From a bacterium (lineage in GTDB: Bacteria; UBA8248), in the NCBI GenBank assembly GCA_965221165.1, contig CBDCRP010000002.1:608001-672000 (forward strand): a DNA stretch of 64,000 bases, read 5' to 3'. The first letter of the stretch is position 1; every line of letters starts with the position of its first letter. The translations under genes were made by a program, and so were the position numbers. Under the pieces are notes generated by a model. It searched no databases. It was not told where the DNA came from and was given only the letters and a program-made list of their open reading frames with translations. This document shows, in pieces, positions 47,067 to 57,133 of the stretch.

Positions 47067-47831
47067 TCACGCCGGTGGTTCCCAGACTCTCCCCCCGGCC
47101 CTGTGTTTCCAGAAAACAAGGAAGTAGGAATGGTTCTTCCGCGCGTGCACCTGCCTCACGGCGCGGCTCACGCCGGGTCGGTTGTTCCGAACTACGACGA
47201 ACAGATCCTCCGCGACGAATCCCGTCTCCTCATACGCCCCCATTATCTCGACGTGCGTGAACCTCTGGCGGTTCGAGCAGACCTCGTCCTGACACTTGAC
47301 GATGAAAACGCCGCGCTCGCGCAACACCCTGTGCGCCTCCTGCCCGGCGTCCAGATACAGGTCGAGAACCGCTTCGTGGTACTTGCTCTTGGTTCGATTA
47401 CCCGAGCCGTTGTTGCGGTAGTGATCCTCAAAGGGCGTCTGCGAGCGATGCGCCGTTCCACCCGGCGAGTGCATGTATGGAGGGTCCAGCACGACGCAAT
47501 CGATCTCCGCGTCCCCATAGGGAAGGGCGCGGCAATCGACGCCGTCTTGAATGTCGCTCGCCCGGAGGTCGTAGCGGCCATCGGGTACGTTGCGCCAGAA
47601 CACGCCCTTCCCGTACGTCACGTCGGCGACGATGCTGCCCGGCTTCACGTACAAGTCGAGGATGCGCGGAAAAACGCTGTCGTTTCTCTCCGTAGACGCG
47701 CTCCAGACGAGGTTGTTCGTCGCATCGCCGTTGCGAACGACGCGCTTTTGGGGCGGCGAGAGGACACGCGCGACTGCGCCGGGTTGTTCTTCAGGTGTTT
47801 TTCTAGTCCTCACCTGAGAATGTTTGTCCAT
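47067..47831 (-). CDS. orphan DNA amino-methyltransferase (m6A/m4C)
   Basis: ADVTYGKGVFW SAM-binding motif I followed by VLDPPY motif IV. Confidence 0.8.
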   Translation of the reverse strand: MDKHSQVRTRKTPEEQPGAVARVLSPPQKRVVRNGDATNNLVWSASTERNDSVFPRILDLYVKPGSIVADVTYGKGVFWRNVPDGRYDLRASDIQDGVDCRALPYGDAEIDCVVLDPPYMHSPGGTAHRSQTPFEDHYRNNGSGNRTKSKYHEAVLDLYLDAGQEAHRVLRERGVFIVKCQDEVCSNRQRFTHVEIMGAYEETGFVAEDLFVVVRNNRPGVSRAVRQVHARKNHSYFLVFWKHRAGGRVWEPPA

Positions 47832-47950
47832 AGGGCATTACCGACGTGAACGGGCGGGCGTGAACAAAGAACGAAACTGCATCCAACCTACCGCATGATT
47901 TCATCATCGTCAAGAACTCTCTTTTCATGGGTTTTGTTCGGGTCGTCAAC

Positions 47951-48159
47951 CGGATGGTGAGCGGAGATTTTTCGAATCCCGTGAGCACGCTCGACGCGCC
48001 GGCCAAGGACATCAAGCTCGGCCTCGCCCTGGGCGAAAGCGTGAGCGCGAACATGCCCCTGGGCGAGCTTTGCGCCCCCTTTTTCAGCGAAGGACAGGAA
48101 CTCGGTTTCGGTTCTCTCGACAGCGCGGCGGTTTATAAGGTGTTCGAGGCGAGGGAGGG
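47951..48159 (+). pseudogene. displaced duplicate of the 3' ~70 codons of 44724-45614
   Basis: RMVSGDFSNPVSTLD...DSAAVYKVFEAREG matches 45402-45611 with mostly synonymous differences. Confidence 0.85.
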
Positions 48160-48176
48160 GGTGGGCAGGTGGCATT

Positions 48177-48290
48177 GTAGGGGACGGAGCCCCTCCTCGG
48201 GGCCGTCCCACGCATACATGCGTCCCACACCTGAGAATGGAAGAGCCGGGCCGCATATATGTGTGGGCGGACACGCAGGTCCGCCCCTAC
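48177..48290. repeat. composite GTAG REP/REPIN element
   Basis: GTAG-GGGACGG...CCGTCCC, gcatacatgcg, gggccgcatatatg, GGGCGGAC-acgcag-GTCCGCCC-CTAC; same parts as 14650-14808. Confidence 0.6.
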
Positions 48291-48296
48291 AAAGGC

Positions 48297-48450
48297 GCAA
48301 ATCCTCCCTCACCGGTCGGCAAATCCTCCCTCACCGGTCGGCAAATCCTCCCTCACCGGTCGGCAAATCCTCCCTCACCGGTCGGCAAATCCTCCCTCAC
48401 CGGTCGGCAAATCCTCCCTCCCCGGTCGGCAAATCCTCCCTCCCCGGTCG
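48297..48450 (+). repeat. tandem repeat, 7 x 22 bp
   Basis: gcaaatcctccctc(a/c)ccggtcg; 5 identical copies then 2 with A>C; no spacers. Confidence 0.95.
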
Positions 48451-48881
48451 GATTTGACCCGCGAGAAGAGGGGTGCTCTCATGGATTCGGGAGCGATGAC
48501 GAGGAATAATGAAAGTAATCCAATTTTCTGAAAATATCTGAAAAAGGGTGAAAAAAGGTGAAAAATTCTAAAAATTTCCGAAAAATAATCGTGAGGACAA
48601 TAAAATAATAATACATTTTGTTTCATATATTTACGATATAATATTAAAGTAAAAAAGAAATTATTTTTGGCAATTTTCGCGTATAAAAAAAAATTTCGCC
48701 TCCCGCATTTCCCCGCATTTGCGGCGCAATGCCGCCCGCCTCACGCCCCCGCTTGCCGATGGCGTTCACCGTCGCCTGAACACCCGAAGCCACCCCGCGC
48801 GTTCAGGCAAGGCGTTTCCCGTTCATGGCCGGACGTGGTATATTCGGGCCATCTTGATACGTCTTGGGAGATGCGCCATAT

Positions 48882-51695
48882 ATGGACACGAATCCTCAGG
48901 AGATCGAGGAAGTACCGGCAGAAGAGAACGGCTCGTCCATATCGACGAACGGGACAACGAACAGGGCGAACCAGGGCGGGTCCGGCGATTCGAGGTATCT
49001 GCCCGACTCGGCGGGTGCGCCCGCTTCAGAGGGTGAAACCGAACTCGACGAGATAGAAACCGACGAATGGCTGGAATCGCTCGATTACGTTCTTCAAACC
49101 AGAGGCCCCGAGCGAACGAAGACCCTCCTTCGCCATTTGCAGGTTCACGCCGTGCGCGAAGGCGTCGTTCGTCCATTTTCCGCGAACACCCCGTATATCA
49201 ACACCATTCCCCTGCAAAAGCAGCCCCCATTCCCCGGAGATCGCAATATCGAGCGGCGGATCAAGAGTCTCGTCCGCTGGAACGCGATGGCCATGGTGGT
49301 GCGCGCCAACACGGAGGACGCCTCCATCGGCGGGCATATCTCCACCTTCGCCTCGGCCGCCACTCTGCTGGAAATCGGGTTCAACCACTTCTTCCGGGGG
49401 AAAGACCACCCATCCGGCGGCGACCTCATCTACTTCCAGGGCCACAGCGCGCCCGGCATCTACGCGCGGGCATTCCTGGAGGGCCGCCTGACGGAGAAAA
49501 ATCTCGAAAACTTCAGGCGAGAACTCAGAGACGGAGGCGGCCTCTCCTCATACCCCCACCCCTGGCTGATGCCCGATTTCTGGGAATATCCCACCGTATC
49601 GATGGGACTCTCCCCCCTGATGGCGATATATCAGGCGCGCTACCTGCACTACCTGGAAGACCGCGGCCTCAAGCCGGCGACGGGCCAGAAGGTATGGGCG
49701 TTCCTCGGCGACGGCGAGATGGATGAACCCGAATCCCTGGGCGCCATCACCCTCGCCGCGCGGGAAAAACTCGACAACCTGGTCTTCGTCATCAACTGCA
49801 ACTTACAGCGTCTCGACGGCCCGGTTCGAGGCAACGGCAAAATCATTCAGGAACTCGAGGCCGCATTCCGGGGCGCGAGGTGGAACGTCATCAAGGTCAT
49901 CTGGGGGGATGATTGGGACCCCCTCGTAGCGATCGACGATGAGGGCGCGCTGCTCGAGCGAATGAACGAGACGGTTGATGGCCAATACCAGAAATACAGC
50001 GTCGAGAAAGTCAAGGAGGGCAGCTACCTGCGCGAGCATTTCTTCGGCGGCGACGAGCGATTGAAGGCGATGGCCGACACCCTGTCCGACCACCAACTCA
50101 ACAGAATGCGGCGCGGGGGGCATGATCCCGAAAAAGTGTTCGCCGCCTACCAGGCCGCCATGGAATGCGAGGGGCGCCCCACGGTCATTCTCGCAAAGAC
50201 GGTGAAAGGATATGGCCTGGGCGAGGGGGGCGAGGGCAGGAACGTCACCCACCAGCAGAAAAAGCTCAACCAGGATGAACTCCAGGAATTCCGGACGCGC
50301 TTCGAAATTCCCATGTCCGATGAAGAAGTGGCCGAGGCGCCGTTTTACCGGCCGCCGGAAGATAGCCCCGAAATCAAATACCTGAAAGCAAAACGAGAAG
50401 GGCTCGGCGGGTATGTCCCCACCCGGCAGAGCGTGTCCACTCCGCTCAAGCCGCCGCCTAACGCCTTGTTCGAGGAGTTCCTGCAAGGCACGGACGAGCG
50501 TGAAGTCTCCACAACGATGGTGTTCGTCAGAATCCTGAACAAACTGCTCCGCGACGAGGCGTTGGGCAAGCTCATCGTTCCCATCGTACCCGATGAGGCC
50601 AGGACGTTCGGCATGGAAGCCCTCTTCCGGCAAGTGGGAATCTACTCCCACTCCGGTCAGTTGTATGAGCCCGTCGACCGCGACAGCCTTCTATATTACA
50701 AAGAAGCGCAAGACGGACAGATTCTCGAAGAAGGAATCACCGAAGCGGGTTCCATGGCCTCATTCATCGCCGCCGGAACCGCCTACGCCACACATGGGGT
50801 GAACACCATCCCCTTCTATATCTACTATTCGATGTTCGGCTTCCAGCGCATCGGCGATCTCATATGGGCAGCGGCGGACATGTGCACGCGGGGCTTTCTG
50901 ATCGGGGGAACGGCCGGCAGAACCACCCTGAACGGGGAAGGCCTCCAGCACCAAGACGGCAACAGCCACCACCTCGCATATCCTGTTCCCAACCTGCTCA
51001 CATACGACCCGGCTTTCGCCTTCGAGATGGCGACCATCATTCAGGACGGGATTCGCAGGATGTATCGAGAACAGGAGAAAATCTTCTACTACCTCACCGC
51101 CTACAACGAGAATTACGCCATGCCGGCGATGCCCGAGGGAGCGAAAGACGGGATATTGAAAGGCATGTACCTCTTCAGGCGGTCGGAGGCGAATTCCGGG
51201 CTCAAAGCGCAGCTACTGGGCAGCGGCACCATCATGAACGAAGTACTCAAGGCGCAGAAAATGTTGGAGGAGAACTATTCGATTTCAGCGGATGTATGGA
51301 GCGTCACGAGTTATAAGGAACTCAGGCGAGACGCCCTCGACGTCGAGCGATGGAACATGCTGCATCCCGATTCCGCGCCGAAAACGCCCTACGTGACCCA
51401 ATGCATCTCGCGCGCGCCCGGCGTTTGCGTGGCGGCCTCGGACTATGTGAAGGCCACGCCTGATTCCATTTCGAAATGGATTCCCAAGCCCATGATTTCA
51501 CTGGGAACCGAGGGGTTCGGCAGAAGTGAGTCGAGAGCATCCCTGAGAGATTTCTTTGAAATCGACGCGCGTTATATCGTGCTCGCCACTTTATATAGCC
51601 TGGCGCGCGAGAAGAAAATATACCCCGAACTCGTGAACAAGGCGATCAAAGACTTGGATATCGACCCGGAAAAAGCCAACCCGATGATTTCCTAA
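48882..51695 (+). CDS. aceE: pyruvate dehydrogenase E1, homodimeric type
   Basis: GGHISTFAS, YFQGHSAPG, GDGEMDEPES TPP motif, NCNLQRLDGPVRGNG, GEGLQHQDG. Confidence 0.96.
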   Translation: MDTNPQEIEEVPAEENGSSISTNGTTNRANQGGSGDSRYLPDSAGAPASEGETELDEIETDEWLESLDYVLQTRGPERTKTLLRHLQVHAVREGVVRPFSANTPYINTIPLQKQPPFPGDRNIERRIKSLVRWNAMAMVVRANTEDASIGGHISTFASAATLLEIGFNHFFRGKDHPSGGDLIYFQGHSAPGIYARAFLEGRLTEKNLENFRRELRDGGGLSSYPHPWLMPDFWEYPTVSMGLSPLMAIYQARYLHYLEDRGLKPATGQKVWAFLGDGEMDEPESLGAITLAAREKLDNLVFVINCNLQRLDGPVRGNGKIIQELEAAFRGARWNVIKVIWGDDWDPLVAIDDEGALLERMNETVDGQYQKYSVEKVKEGSYLREHFFGGDERLKAMADTLSDHQLNRMRRGGHDPEKVFAAYQAAMECEGRPTVILAKTVKGYGLGEGGEGRNVTHQQKKLNQDELQEFRTRFEIPMSDEEVAEAPFYRPPEDSPEIKYLKAKREGLGGYVPTRQSVSTPLKPPPNALFEEFLQGTDEREVSTTMVFVRILNKLLRDEALGKLIVPIVPDEARTFGMEALFRQVGIYSHSGQLYEPVDRDSLLYYKEAQDGQILEEGITEAGSMASFIAAGTAYATHGVNTIPFYIYYSMFGFQRIGDLIWAAADMCTRGFLIGGTAGRTTLNGEGLQHQDGNSHHLAYPVPNLLTYDPAFAFEMATIIQDGIRRMYREQEKIFYYLTAYNENYAMPAMPEGAKDGILKGMYLFRRSEANSGLKAQLLGSGTIMNEVLKAQKMLEENYSISADVWSVTSYKELRRDALDVERWNMLHPDSAPKTPYVTQCISRAPGVCVAASDYVKATPDSISKWIPKPMISLGTEGFGRSESRASLRDFFEIDARYIVLATLYSLAREKKIYPELVNKAIKDLDIDPEKANPMIS

Positions 51696-51716
51696 TTCAA
51701 ATCCCGAGGGAGTTCC

Positions 51717-53123
51717 ATGACCATCGAACTCAAACTTCCCGAGCTTGGGGAGAACATCAAGGCCGGAAAAGTGATCGCCGTTTTGGTGAACGTGGGAGAA
51801 ACCATAGCGGTGGATCAGTCGGTCATCGAAGTGGAGACCGACAAGGCGCTCATCGAAGTCCCCTCGTCCGTCGAGGGCATCATAACGGAAATACATCTCA
51901 AACCCGGTGACGACGCCGAGGTGGGAGAAACCATTCTCGTCATCGAAGAAAGCAGCGCGGGTACGGAGCCCGTTCTGGACGAAGAGACTGTTGGGGAAAT
52001 CTCGTCAGAAACGGCCGAACTGCCCGCCGCGTCAGAAAGCCAGCCCATGCTGATAGATGAATCTCCTGAACCTTCAGATACAAAGGCCGAGGATGCCGCC
52101 ACACTGGAGTCCGCGCCCTCCGGGTATTCGCTGGAACCCGCCGAGGAACCATCCGAGGCGCCTGCGCCGAAGACTCCTGAAACTCCCGCGCCGCAGAGCA
52201 AAACAGAGCCCGCGCCAGCGGCTCCCTCGGTGCGCAGAATAGCCCGCGAGGCGGGCGTCGACATACGCGATGTGCCGGGTAGCGGAATTGCAGGCAGAAT
52301 ATCCGCGGAAGACGTCAGGCAGTTCGTGGCGGCCCAAGGGGGCGCCGCCGTGCCGGATGCGCCTGCTCCCGCGCTGATGAGCGTGCCGGTTCAACTGCCC
52401 GACCTCGCCCGCTGGGGAGAGATTGAGCGCGCGCCGATGTCGGGAATCCGCCGCGCGACATCCGTGAATCTCGCCCGCGCGTGGACGAACATCCCCCACG
52501 TGACCCAGTGCGAAAAGGCGGACATTTCCGAGCTTGATAGTTTAAGAAAAAAATTCGCTCAAAAAGCGGAGGCCGCCGGTGGCAAGCTTACTCTCACCGC
52601 CATTCTCATAAAAGCCATCGCCTCCGCCCTCAAGGTCTTCCCGCAATTCAACGCGAGCGTCGATGCGGCGGCAGACGAGATCGTCTACAAGAACTATGTT
52701 CACGTAGGCGTTGCCGTAGATACCGAAAACGGTTTGCTCGTTCCGGTGATTCGCGATGCGGACAAGAAGAACATCGTCGAACTATCGGTGGAACTGGGTG
52801 AAGCCGCAGAACGCGCCCGCTCCCGAAAACTCGCCCCGGACGACATGCAGGGCGGCTCCATCACCATCACGAACCTCGGCGGCTTTGGAGGCACGTATTT
52901 CACCCCGATAGTGAACTGGCCCGAAGTCGCCATCCTGGGCGTCTCCCGAGCGCGCATCGAGCCGGTTTGGTCGCATGCCGAGGAAAAATTCGAACCGCGC
53001 CTCATGCTCCCCCTCATGGTTTCTTATGATCACCGCGTCATCGACGGAGCGGATGGCGTCAAATTTCTGAGTTGGGTGGCCGAGGCGCTCGAAGAACCCA
53101 TGCTCATGAGCCTCGAGGGTTAA
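51717..53123 (+). CDS. aceF: dihydrolipoamide acetyltransferase E2
   Basis: One lipoyl domain (VETDKA), PSBD (PSVRRIARE), DHRVIDGADG. Confidence 0.93.
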   Translation: MTIELKLPELGENIKAGKVIAVLVNVGETIAVDQSVIEVETDKALIEVPSSVEGIITEIHLKPGDDAEVGETILVIEESSAGTEPVLDEETVGEISSETAELPAASESQPMLIDESPEPSDTKAEDAATLESAPSGYSLEPAEEPSEAPAPKTPETPAPQSKTEPAPAAPSVRRIAREAGVDIRDVPGSGIAGRISAEDVRQFVAAQGGAAVPDAPAPALMSVPVQLPDLARWGEIERAPMSGIRRATSVNLARAWTNIPHVTQCEKADISELDSLRKKFAQKAEAAGGKLTLTAILIKAIASALKVFPQFNASVDAAADEIVYKNYVHVGVAVDTENGLLVPVIRDADKKNIVELSVELGEAAERARSRKLAPDDMQGGSITITNLGGFGGTYFTPIVNWPEVAILGVSRARIEPVWSHAEEKFEPRLMLPLMVSYDHRVIDGADGVKFLSWVAEALEEPMLMSLEG

Positions 53124-53262
53124 AAGCGCCTGACAGGGCATGCGGGGGAAACCCATCCCCAGCACTCCAGATTCAGCGCCTCCGCTCATCATCCAATGAA
53201 ACCTCCCGGGGCACTTCGGGAAGTTGTGGTTGCCCCCGATTTCTCCTTTGGATGCCTTTTCG

Positions 53263-53841
53263 ATGGCGAATCTCTTGGGCGATTGGAATTTTCTGCAATA
53301 CTGGTGGTGGAAACCCTACGTCAACCCCCTCATCGGTCTGGCCTGGTTTGCGGGCGTCATCGCCCTCGGGGCGATCATCTTTTTCGCCATCACGGGAAGC
53401 GCGAAGCTCTCTGAATACAGAGAAGCCGTCTTTCCGCCCAAAGAACCCGAGATTCCAGAGGACGAAGCGGCACTCGTCGAATTCATGGAGTCTTTCTTCC
53501 CGGAAGTGTCGGAGGAGGAAATACTCTTGATGGAGCAAATCCTCGACGATGTGATGAGGGAGGATATTCATCCGCAAATGGGGCGTGAAATCGAAGCCCG
53601 GGGCATACCCGTCCGGCTGTTGACGCTACCGCTTCCGGAAATCGTACGCGCAGTCGGAAACTACCCCGTGGCCGTGTGGATTCCTCGTCTGAACGCGATA
53701 GAGATATACGCATCGGTCGTCAAAAGTGAATGTCGGCGAGACCCCAGGCGCTACCGGGAGAAAATTGGCGATTTGCTGCTGCATGAAATCGGCCACGCCC
53801 TGGACCTGGATGAACCAAAAATCAAGGATTTCGGCGTGTAG
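53263..53841 (+). CDS. membrane-anchored zincin-like metallopeptidase
   Basis: N-terminal TM; C-terminal LLHEIGHALDLDE minimal zincin motif. Confidence 0.7.
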   Translation: MANLLGDWNFLQYWWWKPYVNPLIGLAWFAGVIALGAIIFFAITGSAKLSEYREAVFPPKEPEIPEDEAALVEFMESFFPEVSEEEILLMEQILDDVMREDIHPQMGREIEARGIPVRLLTLPLPEIVRAVGNYPVAVWIPRLNAIEIYASVVKSECRRDPRRYREKIGDLLLHEIGHALDLDEPKIKDFGV

Positions 53842-53846
53842 CGGCT

Positions 53847-55367
53847 CTATCCTCCCGCGCCATGCCCATCCAGTTCGGCGGGATCGTTCACTTCTATGCT
53901 CCCCTTGAGCCCGAATAGGCGCTGCATCTTCTTCCTGAAGGCCGGCGTAAAGAGTTTTTCGGCATAAAACCGGCCCGCCACCCTTTTGTTCACCTGCGCC
54001 AGGGTGGGATACACGTGAACCGTCTCCACCACTTCCTTGATGTGCATCTTCTTGCGGACGGCAAGCGCGAACTCGTGCAATATCTCTCCTGCCGCAGGCC
54101 CCACCAGATCAGCCCCCACGAGCCTGCCCTTCTCGTCGCACACCACCTTGCAAATACCCTCCGTTTCCCCATCCAGAACGGCGCGGTCCACCCGGCTCAT
54201 CGGGAAGCGAAATACTTGTATGCGATTCGCCCCCAAAGCCGCTTCGGCTTCCGCCTCGCTCAAGCCCACGTGCGCCGCCTCCGGCGTCGTGTAGATCGTC
54301 CAGGGGACGGCGTCATAGTTCGTTTTTTTCTTGAGAAACGGGAGCGGAACCCCGAAAGGCGCGCTGAAGAGCATGTTCCTGAGCGCCACGCCCGCCTCAT
54401 ACTCCGCCATGTGGGTGAAGAGATACTGACCCCTGACGTCACCGGCGGCGAAAATGCGCGGATTCGCCGTTTGAAGATACGTATCGGTCTCCACGCCGCG
54501 CGGGGTGTAGTTAACTCCCGCTTTCTCGAGGTCCATGCCAGCCACGTTGGGCGATCGGCCAGTCGCGATGAGCAGTTGATCGCAGACCCACTCCCTTTTC
54601 CCCGACGGCGTATCGGCTTCGAGGAAAATCTCATCGCCGCGCTTCTCGACTCTTTGCGTGTTCACGTTGAAATGGAGCCGGAGGCCGGATTCCGCCAAAG
54701 AATCGGCCAGAATCTCAGCCATCTCCTTATCGAGCCTCGGCAAGAGTTTCGGCGCGCTTTGCAGCACTTCCACCTCGGCGCCGAGTTGTTGAAACGCCTG
54801 GGATAATTCCAGGCCGATGGGTCCGGCTCCCAGGACTGCCAGGCGTCTCGGCAATTCCTCCAAATCGAAAACGGTTTCGTTCGTGAGGTAGGGCACGCTA
54901 TCGAGCCCGGCAATGGGCGGCACGAAGGGAGAGCTTCCCGTGGCCAGCAAAAACCGCTTGGCCCGCAGCGTTCTGTCTCCTACCTGAAACGTGTCGGGGC
55001 CCGTAAAAGCACCATCGCCAAAGATCACCTCGATCCCCATCCCCTCGAAACGCTCGGGCGCGTCGTGCTCGCCGATGTGGGTCTGGGCCGCCTTCATGCG
55101 TTTCATGACGCGGGGGAAATCTACTCGAACATCGCTCACGTCAATCCCGAACTCGGGCATCGAGCGCGCCTGCGCCGCCAGTCTCGCCGAGCGGATCAGG
55201 CCTTTCGAGGGCACACATCCATAGTTCAGGCAATCACCGCCGAGCTTCGTCTTCTCTACGAGCGCGGCTTTGGCGCCCAGTTGCGCCGCGCCCACCGAAG
55301 CCACCAGCCCACCGACGCCCCCCCCAATAGCCACCAAATCAAACACCGATTCTTTTTGCATGTTCAT
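53847..55367 (-). CDS. pyridine nucleotide-disulfide oxidoreductase (MerA/LpdA-like)
   Basis: GGGVGG, GGDCLNYGCVPSK, GAGPIG, HVYPT; no C-terminal Cys pair. Confidence 0.88.
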   Translation of the reverse strand: MNMQKESVFDLVAIGGGVGGLVASVGAAQLGAKAALVEKTKLGGDCLNYGCVPSKGLIRSARLAAQARSMPEFGIDVSDVRVDFPRVMKRMKAAQTHIGEHDAPERFEGMGIEVIFGDGAFTGPDTFQVGDRTLRAKRFLLATGSSPFVPPIAGLDSVPYLTNETVFDLEELPRRLAVLGAGPIGLELSQAFQQLGAEVEVLQSAPKLLPRLDKEMAEILADSLAESGLRLHFNVNTQRVEKRGDEIFLEADTPSGKREWVCDQLLIATGRSPNVAGMDLEKAGVNYTPRGVETDTYLQTANPRIFAAGDVRGQYLFTHMAEYEAGVALRNMLFSAPFGVPLPFLKKKTNYDAVPWTIYTTPEAAHVGLSEAEAEAALGANRIQVFRFPMSRVDRAVLDGETEGICKVVCDEKGRLVGADLVGPAAGEILHEFALAVRKKMHIKEVVETVHVYPTLAQVNKRVAGRFYAEKLFTPAFRKKMQRLFGLKGSIEVNDPAELDGHGAGG

Positions 55368-55422
55368 ACCCTCTCCAGATTGCGAAAATCGCCTATATCG
55401 CAACAAATGCGGGTCGGTGCGC

Positions 55423-56949
55423 TCAAGACGCTTTCTTCTTTGAAGGCGCGAGCGCGAACGCGAAAAACAGGACCGCGATGAGAAAATAACCAACAGCCAT
55501 GCCGGGAGCCGCCCCCCAGCCGAAGAAGCTGACGACGCCGCCGGGCGTGATTCGCCAGGCGTGTATGATCCCGAACCAACTCAAGAGCGCGCCGGCCAGC
55601 GCCCAGCCTCCCGCCTGTTTCGGCTCCTTATCCACCAGTTTCGCCACTATGGCTGTAATGATGACCGACGTAAAGAGAAAACCGCGCTCCAGGGTGATCA
55701 TCCCCACGAGGTGGAATCCCGTTTTGACGAATGCATCCTGTCCTATTTTCCACAAATTCGTGCCTGCCGCCCTAAGGGAGGATTCCACCATCAACAGGCC
55801 CCACGCGGCGACGGCGGGTATCAACCCGATGGCCACGGCCGGTCCGTGGCGCGCCGGCGACGCCTGAAACGCCTGGGTGAGCATCATCACCCCTATCCAG
55901 AGCATGAGGGCGAAGAGCGCCTCGCCCGGAATGATTTTCGAAAGCGCCGCAATCGATCCGGTCAAGCAGAGTACCGTCACCACGACCCCGTTCAAGGCGC
56001 TGTAGCCCGCGCGCGCCCCAACCGCCTTCCAGGCCGGATGCCCGATATACAAGGTGGTGGGAAAACAGCTGCCCAGACATGCCGCGAGAAGCGAGCCCGC
56101 ACCGTTTACTGCCAGGGAACTGCCCGTCTCGAACCTGTCGCCGGCCGCGGCCGCGCTCTCGAGGCACATCAAGCTGCCCACCAGCGTCATCAGGCCCATG
56201 GGGATGGAAACCGAGAGATAATCCCAGGCCAGCGGGCCGAAAAGAGCATCGGACAAAGGGCCGAGGGCCGAGGATGGGAGCGCCAGACCCACAGGCGCGG
56301 GAATCCCGCCCGGAAACCCCTTGATGAGGACGGATAGAACCACTCCCGCCGCCACCGCCACGAGGCCGCCCGGCACACCGAAGGGAAACCGGAATCCACC
56401 GAAATAATAGACCAGAATGATTCCAAGCGGCACCATGGCGATAAGCGGACTCTCCCAGATTCTGAACGCGAAATCCATGGCGATGAACGTGAGCGCGATG
56501 CCCCCCAGAGCGGAGAGCAAAGCGGCCCTCGGTGCGACTCGCCTGACCCGCTCGCCCACCAGCGAGCCGACGGTCTCGATCACCCCGCTCACGAAACAAG
56601 CCGCCAGACCCGCCTGCCAGGCCGCTTCGGCGCTTCCGGTCTTGAGCTTGACGGGCAGCATGACGAAGAAGATGAACGCAAAAAGCGTCACCGTGTTGAG
56701 GCCGTAGGGCATGGCGGTCACGTCGTCGCGGCCTTCGCGCGCGGCCAGACGCCTCGCCTGCCAGGAGTAGAAGAGGTTGCCGCCCACGATGCTCAGGGCC
56801 GCGGCGGGCAAAACGCGCCCGAAAATGAGCGAATCTGGAAACCCCAGCAGCCCTTTAAGGAAACTCACGATGAGCAGAAGATTGATGAGGTTGTCCATCC
56901 ACAGACCGAAGAAGCCATCGACATCACCCTTCACGAACCACCTGGTCAT
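55423..56949 (-). CDS. NCS2-family permease
   Basis: GDVDGFFGL, ESAAAAGD, FPTTLYIGHPAWK; many TM helices. Confidence 0.85.
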   Translation of the reverse strand: MTRWFVKGDVDGFFGLWMDNLINLLLIVSFLKGLLGFPDSLIFGRVLPAAALSIVGGNLFYSWQARRLAAREGRDDVTAMPYGLNTVTLFAFIFFVMLPVKLKTGSAEAAWQAGLAACFVSGVIETVGSLVGERVRRVAPRAALLSALGGIALTFIAMDFAFRIWESPLIAMVPLGIILVYYFGGFRFPFGVPGGLVAVAAGVVLSVLIKGFPGGIPAPVGLALPSSALGPLSDALFGPLAWDYLSVSIPMGLMTLVGSLMCLESAAAAGDRFETGSSLAVNGAGSLLAACLGSCFPTTLYIGHPAWKAVGARAGYSALNGVVVTVLCLTGSIAALSKIIPGEALFALMLWIGVMMLTQAFQASPARHGPAVAIGLIPAVAAWGLLMVESSLRAAGTNLWKIGQDAFVKTGFHLVGMITLERGFLFTSVIITAIVAKLVDKEPKQAGGWALAGALLSWFGIIHAWRITPGGVVSFFGWGAAPGMAVGYFLIAVLFFAFALAPSKKKAS

Positions 56950-57133
56950 CCCGAATCCCCATTATTCAAAACCGAACAAGCCACCGCACCCGGTCGGCAA
57001 GCGCTCCGACTCCCGGATAGTAAAGCACACGAACTTTAATGCCAAAACCTTCTGCTTCGTTTTCCTCATCCGCATCGTTTTGATATGATTCGTCCGCAAA
57101 CAATCACCTTCGTGCTCATTCGGGAGAGAAAAC

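Noticed and set aside
48262-48273. TGTGGGCGGACA, identical to the first 12 bp of Tn7 ends
   Set aside because: It is one arm of a REP hairpin (GGGCGGAC/GTCCGCCC-CTAC) and lacks the AT-rich TnsB site that should follow
48297-48450. CRISPR array
   Set aside because: Repeats are contiguous with no spacers, and no cas genes are in the window
47927-48531. ORFs with SANPPSPVGK/GRQILPHR repeats
   Set aside because: Read-through of a pseudogene tail, REP and the 22-bp repeat, which is not a multiple of 3
53847-55367. Mercury resistance (merA)
   Set aside because: No C-terminal Cys pair, no NmerA domain, no mer operon genes
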